A DNA stretch of 64,000 nucleotides from an uncultured Rhodobacteraceae bacterium (GTDB taxonomy: Bacteria; Pseudomonadota; Alphaproteobacteria; Rhodobacterales; Rhodobacteraceae), in contig CANMDE010000009.1 in NCBI GenBank assembly GCA_947496535.1, positions 15,812 to 79,811 on the forward strand. Reading direction: 5' to 3'. Made by a program: the position numbers and the translations under genes. The notes under the pieces are model-generated. The model made no database searches. It was given only the letters and a program-made list of their open reading frames with translations, and was not told the DNA's origin. The stretch's first letter is position 1, and each line of letters starts with the position of its first letter. Positions 9,683 to 18,523 of the stretch are shown in pieces.

Positions 9683-10848
9683 GATTTCTTTTTTGTGTGT
9701 TTATTTGCCTTTGGGCGGGAATTTCGTCTGCCGAAATGGCAAGAGTTGATCCGCGCGATAGTGTCGTGCGCGATGGCTGGGGTAAACTGCTGGTCGAATT
9801 GCAGCTGTCGGAGGTTGTTCCTTATCGGGTTTTCACGCTGGATGCGCCCCGCCGTCTGGTGTTGGATTTCGCTGATCTTGATTGGTCGGATGTTGACCCC
9901 GATGCGCTTTTGGATGCTGACCGTGCGAGTGGGGTGCGTGTTGGTCCGTTGCGCCCCGGTTGGTCGCGGATGGTCGTGGATTTGGCCGAGCCGTTGCGTG
10001 TGACCGAAGCCGGGCTGAAGACCGGCGAAGGTGGCGCGCGTCTGTTGGTGGTGCTTGAACCTGTCTCCGAGGATGCCTTTGCCGCTGCGGTTGGTGCACC
10101 GCCTGCGCCGGGATGGGACGCTTTGGGTGATGTTGACCCTCAAAACCGCATCGCCCCGCAAGATGGTGGCCGTCTGGTCGTGGTCATCGATCCCGGCCAT
10201 GGCGGGATCGATCCGGGTGCGGACAGGGGTGGCATCAAGGAATCTGCCTTGATGTTGCAATTGGGGCGCGAGGTGGCTGCGGCTTTGAATTCGCTGGAGC
10301 ACGTGCAGGCGATTCTTACCCGCGAGACGGACGTTTTCGTGCCGTTGCATCAAAGACTGAGCAAAGCACGTGCAGTGGGCGCCGATCTGATGATATCGCT
10401 TCACGCTGATGCATTGGAAGAAGATCAGGCGCAGGGGGCTTCGGTTTACACGCTGTCCCCCGATGGTGGGGATGCGGCGACCCGGTTGATGGTGGAACGG
10501 CATCAGCGCGGGGATCTGCTCGCCGGTGTCGATTTGCGTGAAAACACGGACGGTGTGGCAAGTGTTTTGATGGATATGGCCCGGCGCAACACCGGGGCTG
10601 AGGCCGGTGAATTTGCCGATACGTTGGTGAGCAGGATGGAGGCAAATGGCGTGCGTATGAATTCGCGCCCGCGCCGTGCGGCGCAGCTAGTGGTGTTGAG
10701 CGCTGCGGATTTCGCAAGTGTATTGGTTGAAGCCGGGTTCCTGTCCAATGACGAAGACCGCGCCACGCTGCTGCGTACCGAGGGCCGATTGGCTTTTGTT
10801 AAAGCAATTGTGGAAGCGGTTTTGATCTGGGGCGCGGTGGACGGTTAG
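9679..10848 (+). CDS. N-acetylmuramoyl-L-alanine amidase (AmiC-like, with N-terminal AMIN-like domain)
   Basis: Signal peptide. Zn-amidase_3 motifs VIDPGHGGIDPGA and SLHADA. ATGA overlap with the upstream aminotransferase. Confidence 0.85.
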   Translation: MRFLFCVFICLWAGISSAEMARVDPRDSVVRDGWGKLLVELQLSEVVPYRVFTLDAPRRLVLDFADLDWSDVDPDALLDADRASGVRVGPLRPGWSRMVVDLAEPLRVTEAGLKTGEGGARLLVVLEPVSEDAFAAAVGAPPAPGWDALGDVDPQNRIAPQDGGRLVVVIDPGHGGIDPGADRGGIKESALMLQLGREVAAALNSLEHVQAILTRETDVFVPLHQRLSKARAVGADLMISLHADALEEDQAQGASVYTLSPDGGDAATRLMVERHQRGDLLAGVDLRENTDGVASVLMDMARRNTGAEAGEFADTLVSRMEANGVRMNSRPRRAAQLVVLSAADFASVLVEAGFLSNDEDRATLLRTEGRLAFVKAIVEAVLIWGAVDG

Positions 10849-10945
10849 ACCGTTTTAGAGCCTCGCGAAATGTGATCATTGTCGTTTTGACGATCCGGGC
10901 CACGCGGCGTATAAGTCGCCCATAATTTGTTGGGGTATCGCACTG

Positions 10946-13462
10946 ATGTTGCGCTTTGTTCTGTCTTTTCTCGGCGGCATTTTCACGATGCTGACCCTTG
11001 GCGCCGTTCTGGCTGCCATTGGGGTGGGCGGCGTTGTTTATTTGTATGGCCGTGACTTACCCAGTGTTGAGGTCTTGTCCCAATATACGCCCAAGACGAT
11101 CAGCCGGATTTATTCGGACGAAGGTCGAATCATCGATGAATTCGCCACCGAACGACGGTTGTTCACGCCTGCCGAAGAGATTCCTGATATCGTCAAGCAG
11201 GCGTTTGTGTCCGCCGAGGACAAGAATTTCTATGAGCATGGCGGCTTTGATCCCGTCGGTATGGCGTCCGCATTTTATGATGCGGTGGCGTCGCGCGGTG
11301 AAAACGTGCGCGGTGCGTCGACGATTACGCAGCAGGTGATGAAGAACTTCTTGCTGGACGGCTCGCGTTCGGCGGAACGAAAAATCAAGGAAATCATTCT
11401 GGCGACCCGGATCGAGGGTGCCATGCCGAAAGAGCGTATTCTTGAGTTGTACCTGAATGAAATTTTTCTGGGCCAGAACAGTTTTGGCGTTACCGCTGCG
11501 GCGCTCACTTATTTCAATAAGCCGCTGAGCCGATTGTCGGCAGGGGAAGCTGCGTATCTTGCAGCACTGCCCAAATCCCCCAGCAACCGTCACCCGGTGC
11601 GGGATGTGGACGCTGCCACGTTTTGGCGCAACAATACGCTGCGCGAGATGTATGAGAACGGCTATATAGAACAGGCGACTTATGAGGCCGAGCGCGATGC
11701 GCCGCTTTTTTCGGTGCAGAATGGTGATTACGGAAGTTTCCGCGAAACGCTGCCACCGCGTGATTACTTTACCGATGAAATTCGCCGTCAGCTGAGCCGG
11801 AGCTTCGGGACAGAAGAGTTTTCATCCGCCGGGTTTTCGATCCGGGCGACGGTTGAGCCCGATTTGCAAGTCAAAGCCGCCACCTCGCTTCAGGCAGCAC
11901 TTGAGCAATATGACCGCAGCACAAGCATTTGGCGTGGTACGGGTGAAACGCTGCCTGAACAGGCGTTGGTGAACGAAGAGACTTGGCGTGTGGCGCTGCG
12001 TGCGACCAGTGTAGCCCGTGATATCAGCCTGAATTCCCGCTGGTTCCCCGCTGTTATTCTGGAGGTCGAGGAAAACACCCTGCGTATCGGGATCGAAGGT
12101 GTCGATGAGACCGACGCAGAGCCTTTCGAGGTGCCTCGTGAAGATATCCAGTGGATGAAGGGCGACTTCTTCGAGAACTTCACCCGTGGCGATGTGGTGC
12201 ATGTTCGCCGGATGACGGATGGTGATGGATCGTTTGTCAGATGGACCTTGCGGCAGGTGCCGGAAGTTCAGGGTGCCTTTATGGCGATGGATGTGAACAC
12301 GGGCCGTGTGTTGGCGATGCAGGGTGGCTTCAGCTATCAGGATTCGGTCTTTAACCGCGCAACACAGGCGCAGCGACAGCCTGGGTCTGCGTTCAAGCCA
12401 TTTGTCTATGCCTCCGCACTGGATAGCGGGTATACTCCGGCAACGATCGTTGTTGACGCGCCAATTGAGATCAACACGCCGCAGGGCGTCTGGCGTCCGC
12501 AGAATGCCTCGAACCGTTACTATGGTCCGACGCCATTGCGCACGGGGATTGAGCGATCGCGGAACCTGATGACGATCCGGTTGGCGCAGGAAATCGGGAT
12601 TGATACGGTTGGTCGCTATGCCGAGAAGTTTGGTGTTTACGAGAACATGAATCGTGTGCTGGCGACGGCATTGGGTTCGGATGAGACCACCTTGTTCAAG
12701 ATGGTCGCCGCTTATGCGATGTTTGCCAATGGTGGTGAGCGAGTCGAGCCGACACTGGTTGACCGTGTGCAGGACCGTTTTGGCAATACCGTGTTCCGCC
12801 ATGATCAGCGTGTTTGTGAAAATTGCGCTGATCCGTCTTGGAATGGTGGCGAGAGCCCCAACATCACATCAAACCGCGAGCGGGTGATGAATGAGATCAC
12901 GGCTTATCAGCTGACTTCGATGCTGAAGGGCGTTGTTGATCGCGGAACGGCTTCCAGCGCGATTAATCTGCCGGTGCCGATTGCCGGTAAGACGGGCACG
13001 ACGAACGATGCAAAGGATGTCTGGTTTGTTGGCTTTTCATCCAACATTGTGGCGGGTTGTTATATTGGCTACGACACGCCCCGGTCTTTGGGGCGGGGTG
13101 CTTCGGGTGGCGGCATTTGTGGTCCGGTGTTCAACAGCTTCATGCGTTCAGCGATTGAAAAACATGGTGGTGAGCCGTTCTACGTGCCGTCTGAGTGCCA
13201 ATTCATAAAAATTGATCGTCTCACTGGCGCCCGGCTCGGGCCTGGTGCGTCAGGCGATAACGTGATTGCCGAATGCTTCCGCCAAGGTGAGGACCCGGTT
13301 TTTGGTGTTACGTTTGACGGTGGTTTCGCGATGGCTTCTGATCTGCCGCTATTCGATGGGGTGCCACGGACGGGCCAGACTGTGACCACCTCTACCGGGG
13401 GGACGGCCACTGTGGGGCCAAAAGCGACCTTTGGTACGCTGTCATCAGGTGGTCTTTACTGA
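10946..13462 (+). CDS. mrcA: penicillin-binding protein 1A (bifunctional glycosyltransferase/transpeptidase)
   Basis: N-terminal TM helix. GT51 motifs EDKNFYEHGG and RKIKE. Transpeptidase motifs SAFKP (SxxK) and KTGTTN. Confidence 0.9.
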   Translation: MLRFVLSFLGGIFTMLTLGAVLAAIGVGGVVYLYGRDLPSVEVLSQYTPKTISRIYSDEGRIIDEFATERRLFTPAEEIPDIVKQAFVSAEDKNFYEHGGFDPVGMASAFYDAVASRGENVRGASTITQQVMKNFLLDGSRSAERKIKEIILATRIEGAMPKERILELYLNEIFLGQNSFGVTAAALTYFNKPLSRLSAGEAAYLAALPKSPSNRHPVRDVDAATFWRNNTLREMYENGYIEQATYEAERDAPLFSVQNGDYGSFRETLPPRDYFTDEIRRQLSRSFGTEEFSSAGFSIRATVEPDLQVKAATSLQAALEQYDRSTSIWRGTGETLPEQALVNEETWRVALRATSVARDISLNSRWFPAVILEVEENTLRIGIEGVDETDAEPFEVPREDIQWMKGDFFENFTRGDVVHVRRMTDGDGSFVRWTLRQVPEVQGAFMAMDVNTGRVLAMQGGFSYQDSVFNRATQAQRQPGSAFKPFVYASALDSGYTPATIVVDAPIEINTPQGVWRPQNASNRYYGPTPLRTGIERSRNLMTIRLAQEIGIDTVGRYAEKFGVYENMNRVLATALGSDETTLFKMVAAYAMFANGGERVEPTLVDRVQDRFGNTVFRHDQRVCENCADPSWNGGESPNITSNRERVMNEITAYQLTSMLKGVVDRGTASSAINLPVPIAGKTGTTNDAKDVWFVGFSSNIVAGCYIGYDTPRSLGRGASGGGICGPVFNSFMRSAIEKHGGEPFYVPSECQFIKIDRLTGARLGPGASGDNVIAECFRQGEDPVFGVTFDGGFAMASDLPLFDGVPRTGQTVTTSTGGTATVGPKATFGTLSSGGLY

Positions 13463-13530
13463 CCACGGCTTGCTGCGCGGTTGACCGCGCTGTAAGACCC
13501 TCTGACACATGACTTCCCAAAGGTGCACCG

Positions 13531-14658
13531 ATGCGCGCAGAAACCCAAACCGCCGTGGAAGCGATTGAAAAATCGCTGAACCTATTGGCCCAGCGAATGG
13601 ATCACGAAACGGCCCCGCATCGGCTTGAAGAATTCAATGCGCGCGTTGAAGACCCGACTTTGTGGGATGATCCGGAAGCCGCACAGAAGCTGATGCGCGA
13701 CCGGCAAATGCTGGTCGATGCCATGGCAGGTTATGACAGTATCAAGCAAGAGCTGTCCGACAATGTCGAACTGATCGAGCTTGGCGAGATGGAAGACGAT
13801 GAGGCCGTCGTGACCGAGGCTGAGGCGGCGCTGACTGTCCTGCGCGAGAAAGCAGCCCAGAAAGAACTGGAGGCGTTGCTGGACGGCGAGGCGGACGGCA
13901 ACGATACGTTTCTTGAGATTAATGCCGGGGCAGGTGGCACTGAAAGCTGCGATTGGGCCAATATGCTGGCGCGGATGTATATCCGCTGGGCTGAAAAGAA
14001 GGGCTACAAGGTCGAATTGCAATCCGAGCAGGCGGGGGATGAAGCCGGGATCAAGTCCGCCTCTTACAAGGTCAGCGGTCACAATGCCTATGGGTGGCTG
14101 AAATCGGAAAGCGGCGTGCATCGGCTGGTCCGTATTTCGCCTTTTGATAGCGCGGCGAAGCGGCATACCTCGTTCACGTCGGTCAAGGTTTATCCGGTGG
14201 TGGACGACAATATCGAAATTGAAGTGAACCCGGCCGATATCCGCATTGATACCTACCGGTCATCCGGTGCTGGTGGGCAGCACGTCAACACGACTGACTC
14301 AGCTGTGCGGATCACACACAATCCCACGGGGATTGTGGTTACGAGTTCCGAGAAATCGCAGCACCAGAACCGCGATATCGCCATGAAGGCACTGAAGTCG
14401 CGGCTATATCAGATCGAGTTGGACAAGCGGTCGGCGCTTGTGAACGAGGCGCATGAGAATGCGGGCGATGCGGGCTGGGGCAATCAGATCCGCTCTTACG
14501 TTTTGCAGCCTTATCAAATGGTGAAGGACCTGCGGACCAACTATGAGACCTCTGACACCAAGGGCGTGCTGGATGGCGATCTGGATGGTTTGATGGCGGC
14601 CACACTTGCGATGGATGTCTCGGGGAAAAGCCGGGCAGAGGCGAACGCGGTCGACTGA
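13531..14658 (+). CDS. prfB: peptide chain release factor 2 (uninterrupted ORF)
   Basis: SPF tripeptide (RISPFDS) and GGQ (SGAGGQHVN). The full N-terminal domain is in the same frame, so there is no programmed frameshift site. Confidence 0.93.
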   Translation: MRAETQTAVEAIEKSLNLLAQRMDHETAPHRLEEFNARVEDPTLWDDPEAAQKLMRDRQMLVDAMAGYDSIKQELSDNVELIELGEMEDDEAVVTEAEAALTVLREKAAQKELEALLDGEADGNDTFLEINAGAGGTESCDWANMLARMYIRWAEKKGYKVELQSEQAGDEAGIKSASYKVSGHNAYGWLKSESGVHRLVRISPFDSAAKRHTSFTSVKVYPVVDDNIEIEVNPADIRIDTYRSSGAGGQHVNTTDSAVRITHNPTGIVVTSSEKSQHQNRDIAMKALKSRLYQIELDKRSALVNEAHENAGDAGWGNQIRSYVLQPYQMVKDLRTNYETSDTKGVLDGDLDGLMAATLAMDVSGKSRAEANAVD

Positions 14659-14719
14659 CCCCCTTGCCAGCTTGTTCCCGTGCAGCGATGATAATTGCGG
14701 GTAGAAGTGAGAATGCCGC

Positions 14720-15472
14720 ATGACCGCCGCAGATGAACCGCAGACGATCATTTTGCATCGCTCGGACTTGCTGGCGGTACTGGTTGCAGGCTGGCGCGAT
14801 TTTCGCCGCGCCCCGCAGTTTGGTCTGTTTTTCAGCGCTGTATACGTTGTGGGTGGCTTTTTCCTGACCTGGCTGGGTGCCGGAACTGTGAGTTGGGTTC
14901 TGGTCACGTCGCTCGGATTTCCCCTGATCGCCCCATTTGCCGCCGCTGGTCTTTATGAGGTCAGCAGACGATTGGAACGTGGCGAGCGGCCTGAGTGGCT
15001 TGCGGTGTTGGGGGTGGTTTGGCGTGAGCGGACCCGTCAACTGCCGTGGCTGGGTGCCATCATTGTCATTTACTTCCTTTTCTGGACGTTTCTGGCCCAC
15101 ATGATTTTTGCACTGTTTCTGGGGCTCTCCACGATGACCCATATCTCGGACAGTTGGGAGGTTCTGCTGACCGTGAACGGGTTGATGATGATCGTGGCGG
15201 AACTGGTTGTGGGTGGTGTGCTGGCTTTCGTGCTTTTTGCTTTGACTGTCGTGAGCCTGCCGATGGTCATGGATCGCGAGGTTGATTTTGTGACGGCGAT
15301 GGTGACCAGCGTGCAAATGGTGCGGGCCAATCTGTCCGTCATGCTGCTATGGGCAGCGATGATTGCAGTGGTGACGTTTATTGCGTTGATCCCCTGGTTT
15401 CTGGGGTTATTCATGGCGTTGCCAGTCTTCGGCCATGCGACTTGGCATCTTTATAGGAGAGCCGTTCCATGA
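14720..15472 (+). CDS. DUF2189-type integral membrane protein
   Basis: Several TM helices. GFPLIAPFAAAGLYEVSRRLERGE resembles the DUF2189 signature. Confidence 0.65.
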   Translation: MTAADEPQTIILHRSDLLAVLVAGWRDFRRAPQFGLFFSAVYVVGGFFLTWLGAGTVSWVLVTSLGFPLIAPFAAAGLYEVSRRLERGERPEWLAVLGVVWRERTRQLPWLGAIIVIYFLFWTFLAHMIFALFLGLSTMTHISDSWEVLLTVNGLMMIVAELVVGGVLAFVLFALTVVSLPMVMDREVDFVTAMVTSVQMVRANLSVMLLWAAMIAVVTFIALIPWFLGLFMALPVFGHATWHLYRRAVP

Positions 15473-16287
15473 CGCGATTGCTGCTTTTGATCTTCATTAC
15501 TGTTGGTGTGGGGTATTTGTATCTGGCGGAGACACCCGGTGCAGAGGTCGTTGATGACGCATTTCGGATGGCCGCGCATGAGGGGCCGGCGCGGGCGGGT
15601 TTTCTGGATGAAAAAGAGCGCCCTGATCTTTATGTGCCGGTGGGGGGAGCCGCTGAGTATTCGGTGCCGACTGCCATTGCCGAGGTAGCCCAAACTCATG
15701 AGACTGATGGCCGACGCTGGTATTCTTACGCCTCTGAAAACGGTCTTGGCCGCTACAGGGTCGTGATATTGTTTCATGGGGCAGGGCGCAGCGGTTTGTC
15801 GATGATTGATATGTGGAAAGATGTCGCGGACCGTGAGCGGTTATTTCTGATTGCACTGGATGGCGTTGGTCAGAATTGGCCTGCGGATCGTGTGGCACCT
15901 TCGATATTGCATGCCATACTGGCCGAAGTCGAAGGGCAGGCCCGCATTGATCCTGCCAAGATATTTTTGTTCGGTCATTCGAATGGCGCGAAATACGCGC
16001 AGTTGATGATCAATCTGGCGGATGGGCCTTGGCGGGCCGCGGCGCTGCACGCAGGTTTTTCTGATCCCGCCTTGGCGATCACTCCAGCGGATGCCAAACC
16101 GATCCGCTACTATATCGGATCACGCGAGCATATTTTTCTGCCTGATCAGGCCGCCTTGGTCGCCCGTGCCATGACGGAGAAGGGGCATGATGTCGATCTG
16201 CATATCATTCCCAACCACACCCATTGGTTTTATGAAGCCGGGCCCGTGATTGCCGCAGATGCCTGGGCGTGGTTTCGCACACAGTAA
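15469..16287 (+). CDS. alpha/beta-fold esterase (PHB-depolymerase/dienelactone-hydrolase-like)
   Basis: VVILFHGAGRSG oxyanion region and FLFGHSNGA nucleophile elbow. ATGA overlap with the upstream gene. Confidence 0.65.
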   Translation: MTRLLLLIFITVGVGYLYLAETPGAEVVDDAFRMAAHEGPARAGFLDEKERPDLYVPVGGAAEYSVPTAIAEVAQTHETDGRRWYSYASENGLGRYRVVILFHGAGRSGLSMIDMWKDVADRERLFLIALDGVGQNWPADRVAPSILHAILAEVEGQARIDPAKIFLFGHSNGAKYAQLMINLADGPWRAAALHAGFSDPALAITPADAKPIRYYIGSREHIFLPDQAALVARAMTEKGHDVDLHIIPNHTHWFYEAGPVIAADAWAWFRTQ

Positions 16288-16290
16288 AAA

Positions 16291-16310
16291 GGGCGTCACA
16301 TCGGACGCCC
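16291..16310. terminator. bidirectional intrinsic terminator
   Basis: GGGCGTC / GACGCCC 7-bp stem with a 6-nt loop. A5 lies on the left and TTGTT on the right. On the minus strand the stem is followed by TTTTT. Confidence 0.6.
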
Positions 16311-16510
16311 TTGTTCGTGAGTGTTGTTTTGCGAACGACGGCGGTTCTTCTTGGTTTCAACCAGCAACGCCAAGTGGCGGCGTTAGTGAAAGTTTGTGAT
16401 TGACCACCAAGTCAACAAACACGTTCTTAGGAAATGGTTCACGTGTTTGAGGGGCGGAAATCTGGCTTTTTTGTGTTTATCGGATTATTTGCATATGACG
16501 TTACGTCAAT

Positions 16511-16535
16511 AAAAAAGAGCGCCGGAGCGCTCTTT
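16511..16535 (-). terminator. intrinsic terminator of the M23/bactofilin operon
   Basis: Read on the minus strand: AAGAGCGC-tccg-GCGCTCTT followed by a T-tract. It lies 26 nt after the bactofilin stop. Confidence 0.7.
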
Positions 16536-16560
16536 CTTCAAACCATATTTTATGGCCGAT

Positions 16561-17064
16561 TTAGCTTTTTTCAGCGGCGGCCGCTGTTGGCATTTTGGTT
16601 GCTGCACCAGTGGCAAGCGGATCGTCCTGACGCTGTACGGAACCTTCGAAATGCGCACCGCTCTCTATGGCGATTGTTTTGTGAATGATGTCACCCTCGA
16701 CACGGGCGGTGGAGGTCAGGCGAACCTTAAGTCCGCGTACGCGCCCGACGACGCGACCGTTGACCACAACATCATCGGCGACGACTTCGCCCTTGACGGT
16801 AGCGCCTTCGCCGACTGTCAGCAGGTGCGCGCGTACGTCGCCTTCGACTTGACCTTCGACATTGATGTCACCGGTTGTCTTGATGTTGCCGGTAATCAGC
16901 AGATCAGCTGACAAGACAGATGCCGGCGGTTTTGTCTTTGGTGCCGTGTTTGACTTGAAGTCCGGGTTTGCACCTGCGGTTTTACCCGCATCGGCTGCGG
17001 CAGGCTTCTTTGCCGAATCGCCCGATTTTGGGCCCGGTTCGTTGATTTTGGATTTAGAAAACAT
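16561..17064 (-). CDS. bactofilin (polymer-forming cytoskeletal protein)
   Basis: Repetitive beta-helix segment ITGNIKTTGDINVEGQVEGDVRAHLLTVGEGATVKGEVVADDVVVNGRVVGRVRG, flanked by a disordered Lys/Ala/Pro-rich N-terminus. Confidence 0.85.
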   Translation of the reverse strand: MFSKSKINEPGPKSGDSAKKPAAADAGKTAGANPDFKSNTAPKTKPPASVLSADLLITGNIKTTGDINVEGQVEGDVRAHLLTVGEGATVKGEVVADDVVVNGRVVGRVRGLKVRLTSTARVEGDIIHKTIAIESGAHFEGSVQRQDDPLATGAATKMPTAAAAEKS

Positions 17065-18391
17065 CTTGTCCAGCTCTTATATAGATCATGGGGTTAACGG
17101 GCGCGCCACCGACGCGGACCTCGTAGTGAAGGTGTGGGCCAGTTGACCGACCAGAATTTCCCATATCACCTATTCGCTCGCCACGCGAGACCCTTTGGCC
17201 AACTGACACGCTCATTGCGTTCAAGTGTGCGTATCGTGTCTCAATTCCGAAGTCATGTCGAATCTTGATGAGACGACCGTAGCCGGATGTCCAGCCAGCA
17301 TGGGTCACGACCCCATCAGCTGTGGAATAGATAGGAGTTCCGACAGGTCCGGCAAAGTCGGTTCCGGCGTGCAGCCGCCCCCAACGTTGACCAAAGCCGG
17401 ATGTGAAACGGAAATTCGCTTTGACCGGAATATCGAATGGGGCTTTTTCCGCGGCGATACGGTAGAGGTTGATCCGGTCCATGGAGGCGAGGATCGAATT
17501 GGCCCGTTCTGCGTCGGGATCGACCGGGCCACCGCGCGTCGAGAACTGGATTGGTGTCAGCGGCCCGCCGGTGCCGGAGTAGCCACGGCGGACTTGTGAA
17601 ATGAGGTTGTCGGGGTCCATGCCCGCAGCCCGGAACATATCGTCGAGCGGTTCGACCGAGACTAGCATCGCCTCTTCCAGCTGCCGGAAGATTTCGTCGT
17701 TGCGTTCCTGAAGCAGGCGCAATTCCAGTTCCATTTCGGCTGCATGATCAAGGGCGAAGGTGGCGTCTGCTGCCACTGTGTCCCGTTCTGCTGCTGTTTC
17801 GGCTAAGACTGCCGCCAGCATATCAACGGTGCCGATAGCATCTTCGCTGAGCTGGGCTGCATTGCCGTTTTCGGATTCTTCTGCGATTGCCGCGAGTTCG
17901 GACCGTGCAGCTTCGCGTGCCTTCATCGTGTCGCGTAGCGTGGCTTGGACGACTTCCAGCCCGGTTTCCAGTTCGCGCCGCTTTTCTTCGTTGGCCAGAA
18001 GTTCGGTTTGCATGATAGAAATCTGCTGCAGCGCCGATTTGAAGCGGTCTTGTGCCGCAATTGCTTCGGTCGCCCGCATATCGCGTTCCGCTGACATCGC
18101 GTTCAGCCGTTGTTCATAGGTCAGTTGATCGCGCTGCGCCTGCGCGCGGAAGTTGCCCGCGCCAATGCTGTCCATAAGCAGGATCGCTGTCGCTATGATC
18201 GTCCAGGCCACGACGATGGTGCTGCCCGTCCACGCAACAAGCTGGGTTTCCGATTTGAGCCGGATGAACCGCGTTTCAGTGTCTGACCGCAGAAAAAGGC
18301 GCTTTTCCGGGAACAGCCGCTCGAGCGCAAGATGCAGTTTCGATATAAGTGGTGATCGCAAGATGTGAGGTCCGTCCCGTCCCAAAGTCAA
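17054..18391 (-). CDS. membrane-anchored coiled-coil M23 (LytM-type) metallopeptidase
   Basis: TM helix VAWTGSTIVVAWTIIATAILL, a long coiled coil, and the C-terminal M23 motifs HAGTDFAGPVGTPI and GNSGRSTGPHLHYEV. The TTG at 18391 is the first available start. Confidence 0.85.
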   Translation of the reverse strand: MTLGRDGPHILRSPLISKLHLALERLFPEKRLFLRSDTETRFIRLKSETQLVAWTGSTIVVAWTIIATAILLMDSIGAGNFRAQAQRDQLTYEQRLNAMSAERDMRATEAIAAQDRFKSALQQISIMQTELLANEEKRRELETGLEVVQATLRDTMKAREAARSELAAIAEESENGNAAQLSEDAIGTVDMLAAVLAETAAERDTVAADATFALDHAAEMELELRLLQERNDEIFRQLEEAMLVSVEPLDDMFRAAGMDPDNLISQVRRGYSGTGGPLTPIQFSTRGGPVDPDAERANSILASMDRINLYRIAAEKAPFDIPVKANFRFTSGFGQRWGRLHAGTDFAGPVGTPIYSTADGVVTHAGWTSGYGRLIKIRHDFGIETRYAHLNAMSVSVGQRVSRGERIGDMGNSGRSTGPHLHYEVRVGGAPVNPMIYIRAGQDVF

Positions 18392-18469
18392 TGCTGGCCC
18401 CCCAACCAGTTCTGAGCCAATTTGTTAGACAGACTGTGGCGCTGCCGCAACCCATCTAATTTATTACGC

Positions 18470-18510
18470 GCGGATTTCCGGCAATTTGGGGGGTGTGGGC
18501 GGAAATCCGC
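18470..18510. repeat. perfect 11-bp inverted repeat (hairpin or operator)
   Basis: GCGGATTTCCG (18470-18480) and CGGAAATCCGC (18500-18510), 19 nt apart. It lies between the DUF455 stop and the M23 start. Confidence 0.6.
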
Positions 18511-18523
18511 CGACCCATGCCTG

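Noticed and set aside
14339-15316. Long antisense ORFs opposite well-supported genes. Examples: 14339-15316 (325 aa), 6739-7551, 8852-9616, 9673-10503, 11822-12802, 21102-22276, 37416-38297, 56285-57337.
   Set aside because: Their translations are Arg/His/Pro/Gln-rich and low in complexity, with no motifs. Each lies fully inside a gene on the other strand that has clear family signatures. They are typical shadow ORFs of GC-rich DNA.
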